From: Welwitschia mirabilis
Taxonomy: Eukaryota
Assembly (NCBI GenBank): GCA_051453625.1
Contig: JBOZIK010000001.1
Span: 34,919,960 to 34,941,913, forward strand
DNA: 21,954 nt
Reading direction: 5' to 3'
The translations under genes were made by a program, and so were the position numbers. The notes under the pieces were generated by a model, which saw only the letters and a list, made by a program, of their open reading frames with translations, was not told the DNA's origin and did not search any database. Shown here in pieces: positions 10,690 to 20,434 of the stretch. Numbering within the stretch: position 1 is the first letter of the stretch; the number at the start of each line of letters is the position of its first letter.

Positions 10690-11250
10690 TTTTTTCACAA
10701 ATGTGATATAAATAAAAACAACATTCTAGGGTCCTTCCAATAATAACTTGAATGAAGTCAAATTTTCAAATATGAATCTCAAGTTTTGTTTTAATGTCAC
10801 CTACGTGCACATCTTATAAAATTGGTCCCCAAGTGATAATATTTTTTCATCGTTGAACTATGAATTAGGGTGACATTACTTGTATCAATTTTGTGTTGTT
10901 TTTCAAATTCTTTTAGATAATTATTTGTGATTATGATAAGTTCAGCACCACAATCAATGAATGATCTTTTAACTTTGTATAATTCAATTTGTATTGTAAT
11001 GTATAGTAGATCCTTTATAATGAGTTTCTTTGGCATGGGAGAAACTTCACTTGCCTTGAAGGTTATATCAAAACTTTTTTCTTTGGTTATGGCTACTTGG
11101 GATTTAGATTGAGCTACTTCATTTACCATCTCTTCAAATGCTTATTATATCTTTCTAATTTTATCAATAATGATCTAATATATTATTTAGTTACTTGAAT
11201 AGAATTGATTTGAGCTTGATGATAGGCTTGCTCTAACATTTGTAATAAAT
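10690..11250 (-). mobile_element. Ty3/gypsy (Tat/Ogre/Athila-like) gag-pol fragment with aspartic protease
   Basis: ITFKASEVSP...LYITIQIELYKVKRSFIDCGAELIII matches the retrotransposon protease pattern ITF...LYI...VKRxLIDxG(S/A)xxNI. It is followed by a frameshifted relic of LLLGRPW near 10725..10755. Confidence 0.75.
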
Positions 11251-11252
11251 TT

Positions 11253-12540
11253 TATAGGACCTTGAACCGTAGAAGGGTGTGAATAGGGTTTTTTAGTAAA
11301 AAAAATTTAAATAATTATTACTACCCAAGAAATAAATTATGACGTAAAATGATATAACAAGATAAACTCAAAAGTAGAACTAAATAAATGCATAATAAAA
11401 GATTTACAGTAGTTCAAGATAGATCCTACTCCACTCTTAGAAGATAATAACTAAGATTGTTCTAGATCTCTATTGCTTCACTATCCACCAAGTTTTCAAG
11501 ACTAAATTTTAACCTTATAAAGCAGACTTTTTTAGGCTAATTCTTAACCTTCATAAACTAGAATTTTGCAGGCTAAATCTCAAACTTCATAAATTAGAGT
11601 TTTATAAGGTAAGTCTCAATCTCAATAAAATGGACTTTTATAGGATAATTCTCAACGTCAATAAAATGCACAATGTTAAGTGAGGGAATGACTCCTCTAT
11701 GCTCTGAGTTAGTCAAATGCAAGAACTACTAATGGATCCTTACTGCTCAAATTTAATGTAAAGGTAAGTTCTTAGTAACAAAAGAATGATGTTACAAAGA
11801 TAAGCTCTTTATATCAAGAGTGCAACATCCTTGTTCAAAATTCGTTCAATCTACTACTAAGTTTTTGAGTATGACCTCTTTAAATAGATTTCTCCAAAAT
11901 ATAATCATTAGATAGATAAAAAGGAATCTTACATTTACAATGGATAGATTTGATAAGATAATGGTTAAAAATCTATTTGAAAATTTTTACTTTCACTCTA
12001 GCTAGTCAACCAAACGAAACATTCAGTCGACTCGAGTAACTTATATCACCCGATTTAGTCACCCCCTTTGTCATTTAGTTAACCTAAGTAAATCACATTA
12101 TTAGTGTGGTTACCTCTATCTAAAATCTAGTTGATCGCTTCAAGTTACTTCAATCAGAATAGGTCTAAATATTGACTATATTTTGGTTATGAATCCTTCA
12201 GCTTCTTACATCTGTAAAATTACATTTCATTCTATAAAGTTCATACTAGTTTGATGTCAATTGATAATATAAAATTCTAAAAATTTTTCCCTTTGACATT
12301 GATGGTAAACAAATAAGTGATTTCAAGACTAAACAATTATTTCATCTTTAAGATCTTTCTTTCATCAATCTAACAAAGCATATTAACATAATAAAATCTT
12401 CCCCTTTCATGAAGCCATACAAACAATATTAAGTAAAGGGTTCCTTTTCATTTAGAGAAAAACAATATTTTTGAAACAAAACCATTTTTATAACATCATA
12501 CTTTCTTCCCCTTTTGACATCAATGACAAAGGATAAAGAA
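11253..12540 (-). mobile_element. Sirevirus-like (Ty1/copia SIRE/Maximus) 3' LTR (about 11253..12283) with upstream multiple polypurine tracts
   Basis: AGAAGGGTGTGAATAG at ~11271 resembles the reverse complement of the C-rich CTATTCACCCCCCCTCT motif near Sirevirus LTR ends. There is a TATA-like relic at ~11876..11887, decayed AGTCGAC-type palindromes at 12003..12140, and three PPT relics (pyrimidine tracts on +) at ~12284, ~12398 and ~12502. No coding domain is seen; the internal region may extend further right. Confidence 0.55.
11491..11666. repeat. 36-bp tandem repeat, about 5 diverged units, inside the putative LTR
   Basis: AG(G/A)CTAA-like anchor at 11499, 11534, 11570, 11606 and 11642; consensus about ACTTTTATAGGCTAATTCTCAACCTTCATAAANTAG. 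Confidence 0.9.
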
Positions 12541-13150
12541 AAAGAAATAAAGAGCTATAAACCTTAGACATGTGATGAGAAATATCATGTTTCCTATATA
12601 TGTATGAAAAAATAATAGTAATAATAATCATGATAGAGTTTCCAAAGCAAGTATGTAAATGAGATGATAATTTTCAATTCATTATAAAATAATACCAATG
12701 GATGTTATGTTCATGATAACAAGATTTAATTACAAAGTGAAAACATCAAAATATTCAAAACTTATAGATAGATCTTCATAAAAAATTACCATTAAGATGT
12801 TAATCCAATACAATAACAATAACTAGAGTATATATGATCTTATTTAGATAATTATAATAATCTTAATGACCATAGAGAAATGAGGTTCTCATACAAGAAC
12901 AAGGTAAATATCATAATAATGCTTTCAAAAAGCAGAAGTGGTTGAGAGATTGAGAAAAGAATGAGATATGTGAGGATTTGTTAGGATTAGATCCTAGAGA
13001 AAATAGGAATAGGTAGACCACACTAGTACCATGGAACACATTAATTTGGAATTTTCTTCCATTTTTAGGGATTGTTTGCAAAACTATTTTAAAGAGAGAG
13101 TTTCAAAGATAATTTTCTAATCACAAAATCTCATTGACTAGGTTGTGTAT

Positions 13151-13385
13151 TGTGAAAACCCAAACTTCTACAGTTGAAAATCTTTCAAACTCGATGCTTG
13201 ATACCAAAATGTAATGACCCAAACTTATACCATTTTAAAACTTGCTTTGAAGCTTTGATACCAAAATGTAAGGGCCTAAAAATTTTACCATTGAAAAATC
13301 GAACTCGCTCTAGTACCAAAATGTAATGCCCCAAAATCTAATAGTTGAAAAAAATCGAACTTGCTTTGGTATTTAAAATATAAAA
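13151..13385 (-). repeat. 55-59 bp tandem repeat, 4 units, each resembling an LTR 3' end (..TTACA) plus tRNA-Met PBS (TGGTATCAGAGC-like)
   Basis: Units start with TGT at 13151, 13210, 13267 and 13322. Junctions on + read GCTTGATACCAAAATGTAATGACCC, GCTTTGATACCAAAATGTAAGGGCC and GCTCTAGTACCAAAATGTAATGCCCC. Confidence 0.8.
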
Positions 13386-13529
13386 CCTCTCTATATAATT
13401 AAATCAAAAGCTAAAAGTCTTAATCTTAATCTTATATAATCATATAAGTCACATTTTAATTAATCATTAAATAAAATTACTTAAGTTATTTAAACTATTA
13501 AATGTTATTCATTCATTAAATGACACTAG

Positions 13530-14000
13530 TAATTTAAAACATTTGCATATGATAAAATAGAATGTGTTTTCAATTAAAAACATCCCATTTTTTACCCTAA
13601 AGGGCACAGATTAAGCTCAGATCCATGAAACAACTTTTTAGAAGTTACATTTGAGCCCTTTTTACATTTTTAAAGAAAATAATAATTTGAAACAATAAAC
13701 CAAAACTTTGGAAAATGATAAAACAGACTACATTTTTGACTAAAAACACCTAGGTTTTACCTTAAAGGGTATGTATTAAGCTTAGATTTATAAAAAGATG
13801 TTTTAAAAATTACGTTCAAGCCTTTTTTAGATTTTTAAAGAAAATAAGAATTCAAAATAGTAAATCGAAACATTGGAAAAGGATAAAATGGACCACATTT
13901 TTTATTGGAAACACCTAGGTTATTCCCTGAATGGTACGAATTAAGCTCATTTTTATAAAATACTATTTAAAAGTTACATTTAAGACTTTTAAACTTTTAT
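13530..14000. repeat. 165-bp tandem repeat, about 2.9 diverged units
   Basis: TTAAGCT anchor at 13611, 13776 and 13941; shared ATTTTTAAAGAAAATAA, TTGGAAAA.GATAAAA and AAACACCTAGGTT blocks. Confidence 0.9.
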
Positions 14001-14375
14001 CGAACAAAAAGACAATTGTTGATTTCGATAAGGAAAAGAATATGTTTCTTGAGGAGGGATGACCTGCTAATGCATAAGAGAAAGAAAATCACTGATATGA
14101 AAAGGCAAGCAAGATCACATTGCAGAAGGTAACCACATCTAAGATTTTACAAAAAAGGCATGTAAGTAAAATGCAATAAAAGTAGCTAAGAGAAATATGG
14201 AGATTAGAGAGAAATTTGACCATGCGGAAGGGAGGAAATGGACATACATAGGCTTATAAAGAAATTAATTATGCATTGGTGAAAATCATTAATAATACAA
14301 TGGTAGTTACATTTTAAATGGGCCTTTTCTTTTATTTAATGGGTGTCTTCTTGATGTAACGGTAAAAGAATAAAC

Positions 14376-14475
14376 NNNNNNNNNNNNNNNNNNNNNNNNN
14401 NNNNNNNNNNNNNNNNNNNNNNNNNNNNNNNNNNNNNNNNNNNNNNNNNNNNNNNNNNNNNNNNNNNNNNNNNNN
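14376..14475. other. Assembly gap (100 N, true size unknown)
   Basis: Run of exactly 100 N. Confidence 0.99.
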
Positions 14476-15577
14476 AACAAGTTTTTAAAGCATCTTGTTG
14501 ATTTCTCTATCAGTCTTTTCATATTATCCATTAGTTTAATGATTGTAAGCATAATCTACTAAAGTTCGATACCAATGGGTAAAATAAGTTTCCTAAAAAG
14601 ATGGTTAATGAAGATTGTGGACATGACATGTATGTAGATTTTTACAAATAGAATACTATAAACAAAGTTTTATAGATAGAATATAAAGTTTCACAGACAA
14701 AATACTAGAGACGGATCTTTATAGATAGAATGCTTAAAATAGACTTGTAGAAAAAACATTGAAGATAGATTTTTACAGACAGAATACTGAAAATAAAATT
14801 TTGTAGGTAGAACACTAAAAACAAACTTTTATAAATAGAATAATGAAGATAGACTTTTGCAAATAGAATAAAACAGACTTTTGTAAATATATTTTAAAGG
14901 CCTATTTATTTCATGATCCAAACTTTATTCATGATTTGGGAAATTTTCGCTCATTTAATTAGGTGCTTGATGTATTCCATCGAACTATGGACAAGGCCTT
15001 TAAAAGAAATAAATATTATTTCTTACTTACTTTTAGGCATGTTGATGATGCTTTGAATGCTCTTAAGGAACCACATGGAAGAATACTTCCTACTAGACTA
15101 TGAAGATCAAAGGCAGATTTAGCAGCTAACGCAAATGATAGGAAACCCCTAGGAAGATACAATACATTTAATTATATGAACAAGCATAGAACTCCTATAA
15201 GTATTGTATTTTTCAATGCATTATCTGATGCTAAAGGTAAAGAAAATACCTTTTGCCTACTATCTCATTATTTGCACAATTTCTATTTAACTCACTTGCT
15301 ATACTTCCTTCCTTTTAAAAAATTAATGTGGCTATAAAGTTCTAAACTAGTGCACTAATAGTGCAAAAGTTTCAACTAGGAGCATAGTGCTAAGAGCTCA
15401 ATGGACCATAGTGGGTAAGCACAGGTTAGCTGGCATAGCTTAGTTATTAGCAGGCAGAAGTGATAATGAGAGAAATAGCAGTGGGTGATCATGTGCACAT
15501 AGGCAGCTGCAACCAAGAGCACAACTATTGATGGACAACAGTGCATGGAAGACAGAGGCAGGAAGCATGGACATGAT
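14476..15577 (+). repeat. 1.1 kb gap-flanked contig, direct near-duplicate of 17499..18599
   Basis: Colinear end to end (AACAAGTTTTTAAAGCATC ... GCATGGACATGAT), offset 3022-3023, with scattered substitutions (roughly one in twenty by eye). Confidence 0.97.
14636..14890. repeat. Degenerate ~28-bp tandem repeat, about 10 units (consensus about AGACTTTTGTAGATAGAATACTGAAGAT)
   Basis: Recurrent TTTT(A/G)(C/T)AGA(T/C)AGAA(T/C)A blocks; 28-nt period clear at 14767..14870. Confidence 0.8.
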
Positions 15578-15677
15578 NNNNNNNNNNNNNNNNNNNNNNN
15601 NNNNNNNNNNNNNNNNNNNNNNNNNNNNNNNNNNNNNNNNNNNNNNNNNNNNNNNNNNNNNNNNNNNNNNNNNNNNN
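15578..15677. other. Assembly gap (100 N, true size unknown)
   Basis: Run of exactly 100 N. Confidence 0.99.
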
Positions 15678-17498
15678 TCATGTGTATGGAGTGAAAATTT
15701 CAAAAATGATGTCTTATAAGAGCTCTAAAATAACTTGAAAATTATGAAAATGGGCAATGAAAATAAGTCTTGCCCTTCACCAAGAAAAATAATACATTCC
15801 TTATTTTCTAGTAAAGCAAAGAAAGTAGATAGGAATGAGAAGGTGGATTATGGGTATTTTTGAATTTGAAAAACTTCATGAATTAAGTATAAAGCTGAGC
15901 TTAGAAATGTTAAATTTAAAAAATAAAAATGCATGAAATATTTTAACAAGCATAGAAAGAGTAGACAATGAAAATGTACTAATTAGGATTAAGCAAATCC
16001 ATAAATGCCCAATAAATGTACCATCATAAAAATGATTAAGCATAGTATGTAGAACTCCAAAAAACTGAAAATAAACATTACAAAATTGTTAAGAAAATTC
16101 ATCTAAGTAATAAATAAAATTCTTACTAAAAATTATGCAAGGAAACTATTAAATATTAAGGTTATAAATTGATAAGAAAATATGGAAATGACTTTATAAC
16201 AACTAACTAAATGATAAAAGAAAACAAAAAGAATGGACATAAAGCAACATAAATAAGATAGCCTACCTAACATAAATTCTAACCTAGTGGACTCTAATGG
16301 AATAATTATTTGATTTAAAAATGCATGGCTTGATAATAGTTATAACAATGCTAAAAATTAAATGATTTAAACAATAAGTGATGAGGGAAGTACAACCACT
16401 GTTATAGAAGTAAGGATCAACAAAGCATGACCAACTAACTTCCCAGTGGAGTTCTCATAGCTACCATATTACACTGGAAAAGGCCTCTCTTAGGAAAATT
16501 TGCCTTAGTGCACTTGTAGTAGGAAATCATGGTAACCTTGTTTTTGAACTATCTCAAATAAAACATCATGATCTTATTTCACACTTTTTTTTTCTCTCTT
16601 TCTTACAATTGAAACATTCCACATGCCCAAATACTCCAAAGAAAAAAGATAAATTAATAAGATAAAAGAAAAAAATAACATTATTAAAAAAAACTAAGAC
16701 CTTTTTATCATTAAGAAAAACATCAAAAATAAAGCATCTTCCTTCAAACTAAAGTTTATAGACATATTAATGTCTTAAGATTGGGTGAATTGAATCTTAC
16801 CACTATAAAACACACAAGTTAAAGACTAGTCATGGAAATAACTACATACGTAATGTTTAAAAGATAATCAAGTGATATCATAATAGCCTCCAAAGGAATA
16901 AGCTAAGAGAAAATTAAGACAATGATAGAAAAAAAGCTTTTCTTATTGAGGGAAATCTCTAACCTAGTACTTCTATCATGTTTATATCATAAGGTTGCTC
17001 ATATATTTTTAACCTTTGTCCATTAGCTTTCTAAATTTCTTTAGTGGTTAAGTTGAAAATCTTAACAGAGCCATTAGAATGTACTTTCTTAATAAGGTAA
17101 TAACCTAATAATTTTAATATTAACTTGTTGTGTAGAAGATGCACTATAGTGTTATATAACAAGACTAATTAACTAGATTCAAAGTTCTTATGAATCAGCT
17201 TTTTATCATGTTTGAACTTACTTTAGGCTTTGTGAATCTGTTGACAATGAATAGTTCAAGTTCATTTCTCATCTAAATGGTCTAATTAATATAAACAAGT
17301 TTTAAAGTTTTCTTCTAAGTTTACAAGATTAATTTAATGTGTAAAATGATAAGAATTATAACAAACATGAACAAGTAAAACATAGACTTTATTGTATACA
17401 AGTTCATAAGGTGAAAAACTAAGTGGATTATGCCAAGTGATAGGAGAAGCTCAAATAAAATCTTTCAATTTAAAATTCCATGGCTTATTATTAGTAGA

Positions 17499-18599
17499 AA
17501 CAAGTTTTTAAAGCATCTTGTTGATTTCTCTATCAGTCTTTTCATCTTATCCATTAGTTTAACGATTGTAAGCATAATCTACTAATGTTCTATACCAGTG
17601 GGTAAAATAAGTTTCCTAAAAAGATGATTAATGAAGATCATGGACATGACATGTATGTAGATTTTTATAGATAGAATACTATAAACAAAGTTTTATAGAT
17701 AGAATATAAAGTTTTACAGAAAAAATACTAGAGACGGATCTTTGTAGATAGAATGTTTAAAATAGACTTGTAGACAAAACATTGAAGATAGATTTTTACA
17801 GACAGAATACTGAAAATAAACTTTTGTAGGTAGAACACTAAAAACAAACTTTTATAAATAGAATAATGAAGATAGACTTTTGCAAATAGAATAAAATAGA
17901 CTTTTGTAGATACATTTTAAAGGCCTATTTATTTCACGATCTAAACTTTATTCATGATTTGGGGAATTTTCGCTCATTTAATTAGGTGCTTGATGGATTC
18001 CATCGAACTATGGACAAGGCCTTTAAAAGAAATAAAGATTATCCCTTACTTACTTTCAGGCATGTTGATGATGCTTTGAATGCTCTCAAGGAACCACATG
18101 GAAGAATACTCCCTATTAGACTATGAAGATCAAAGGCAGATTTAGCAGCTGATGCAAATGATAGGAAATCCCTTGGAAGATACAACACATTTAATTATAT
18201 GAACAAGCACAGAACTCCTATAAGTATTGTATTTTTAATGCATTGTCTGACGCTGAAGGTAAAGAAAATACCTTTTGCCTACTATCTCATTACTTGCACG
18301 ATTTCTATTTAACTCACTTGCCATACTTCCTTTCTTTTGAAAAATTAATGCGGCTATAAAGTTCTAAACCAGTGCACTAATAGTGCAAAAATTTCAACTA
18401 GGATCATAGTTCTAAGAGCCCGACGGACCATAGTGGGTAAGCACAGGTTAGCTGACATAGATCAGTTATTGGTAGGCAGAAGTGATAACTAGAGAAATAG
18501 CAGTGGGTGATCATGTGCACACAGGCAGCTGCAACCAAGAGCACAACTATTGATGGACAACAGTGCATGGAAGACAGAGGCAGGAAGCATGGACATGAT
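17499..18599 (+). repeat. Second copy of the 1.1 kb segment (probably part of an unclassified repeat or LTR element)
   Basis: Matches 14476..15577 throughout. Confidence 0.95.
17660..17912. repeat. Second copy of the ~28-bp tandem repeat
   Basis: Same array within the duplicated 1.1 kb segment. Confidence 0.8.
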
Positions 18600-19429
18600 A
18601 AGGGCAAGGTCATGAAAAGCAGAACATGGAAATACATGTTAATGTTAAGAGGTCACATTATAGTGGTAGTGTAAGCTTGGTAAACTATGGTAGTAGCAGG
18701 TTGACATAAGCATAGGTAAATTAGAGGATAATAGAGGACAGTGGCATATGCAAGGAGTGGAGCATATTATGATAGTGAATAGCACAATAATGCATGGATG
18801 TGATGGGATAAGCAGTAAGGTATAGCAAGGAGAGCAAGTAGGAAAAGAAAGATGGTCGTTAATGGTGCATCAAAACACTACCAAAGAAACTCATAAAAAA
18901 ATAAAATAGTGATTCTTGCTCTTAAAAAATCATATCTATTTTTCAAAAAACAAGATGGTTTCTTAAAGAAGAAACCTTTAAAAAAACTTTATATTTCCTT
19001 AAAAAAGGAAATTTAAAAAAATGCCTCTTGAAAAAATAGGCCATCCTAAAAAAATACTCCTTAAAAAATAAAAAGGAAAAAAACACTAAAGGGGAAAAAC
19101 CCAATAGGGTTAGGAGAGAGAAATAAAGGGGTAAAAGAGAATCCCAAGAATCCCTTATAAAAGCCTAAAAAAAACATAAAGAGATCACAAGAAGCTCCAA
19201 AGCTCAAGGATGACCAAAGAGAGCTCACAAGATGTCCTCTAAACTTTCAGGAAATAAAAGAGCAAGAATCATGAGCAAGATTTTTCCAAAATCAAAATTT
19301 TATTTCTCCAAAATATTCTCCGTCCTTATTACAATGAAGAGCTTTCTTATAAAGACAAGCACATAATTAGGATTTCATTAGGGTGTTTATGTTCCCCTAG
19401 GCATAGGACCATGGTGTATATACAAACCT

Positions 19430-20434
19430 TAGCATAGGCCTTAGACATAATTAAATTATTTTTTTAGGCTATCATATTGACTATACTCTTAAGGGAGTAT
19501 TGTTAGTAAACATTTTAAGTTCAAATCTCCCCAGATGTTTAAAAGATAAGTTTGTCTTATAAAAGAGGTTAGAAAATCTTGGCCACCTCCTAAGTAAACA
19601 TTCAAGTGATGTAATAGTAGCATAATACTTAAAAGGTAAAATAAAAGTAATGAATAATACTTTAAAAACTGAATTGATCAAAACTGAAAGTATTATTATT
19701 GAAACATGAACAACATTAAAATGGTAGTTATCAAGGCAGGGGGTGGTGGGGCATTTTGATATTGGACCTAAGGCATTAATAATAAAACTTTTCAAATATA
19801 ACATAAACCTGACTATCTGAACTACTACCATAAAAATGCCTTAATTCTTATATAATGGATTTGATAAGGATCAACTTCTCTAAAAAGCTACTTTTAAAAT
19901 TGACTAAAGAAATGAAATAGGTTTCTGAGAGAGCATCATACAAGAAGGAAATCATATCAAAAAAATTAAATACAATAGAATATCAAATTCTAATAAAGTA
20001 GCTCATATAGTTTACCTGTGATATTCCTTGATGCTCCTTATTCTTATGGCCCCTAAATTACCTTTGTATTACTAGCTCAATAATTAATCTTATAGCTTAA
20101 TAATCTAATTTAATAAGAATCTATGTGTTATGATATTCCCAAGGTTAATAAAACTTTATCCTAGACTTAAAAAATGTATTTTACTTCAACCTTTATTCCC
20201 GAGAAAAGATGGCAACCGTATTTTCGAAAGAAATAAAATTTAAGTTTGGTCGTTCTATATTGCCAGAGGTAAAATAAAGGAAGCGCTAACTCATACATGT
20301 ACGCATCCAAATTTAGTAATCTAACGGTACACTGTTCATTCGCCAATCACTTACATGCATGGCGGATCTGCAGCCTCCAGTTTATAACCTTAACCCTAAC
20401 AAATACGGACGGCAGATTGTCCTATATCCATACA
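19430..20434 (-). repeat. 3' UTR/flank of the pseudogene, inverted homolog of 4085..5030
   Basis: Reverse complement shares GTTAGGGTTAAGGTTAT, AAACTGGAGGCTGCAG, GCATCAAGGAATATCA, TTCTTGTATGATGCT and GAGGTGGCCAAGAT. Confidence 0.92.

Noticed and set aside
11491..13385. 36-bp and ~57-bp arrays as CRISPR-like repeats
   Set aside because: No constant repeat alternating with unique spacers, no cas genes, and a eukaryotic context.
14307..15719. ORFs running through N runs
   Set aside because: Artefacts of translating assembly gaps.
18404..18637. Cys/His-rich 77-aa minus ORF (also in the 15376..15577 copy) as a small peptide gene
   Set aside because: It lies in a repeat with GCA/ATG-rich low-complexity composition that yields C/H/L codons on the reverse strand. 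It has no signal peptide or defined Cys spacing, and the two copies end differently.
15678..19430. Possible gypsy LTR/internal region (TATA-like CCTTATAAAAG near 19153, A-rich tracts)
   Set aside because: Probably repeat-derived, but no diagnostic domain or boundary could be identified by eye.
19481..19831. 116-aa minus ORF
   Set aside because: Falls in the pseudogene's 3' flank; the homologous segment at about 4670..5000 differs by indels and has no equivalent ORF.
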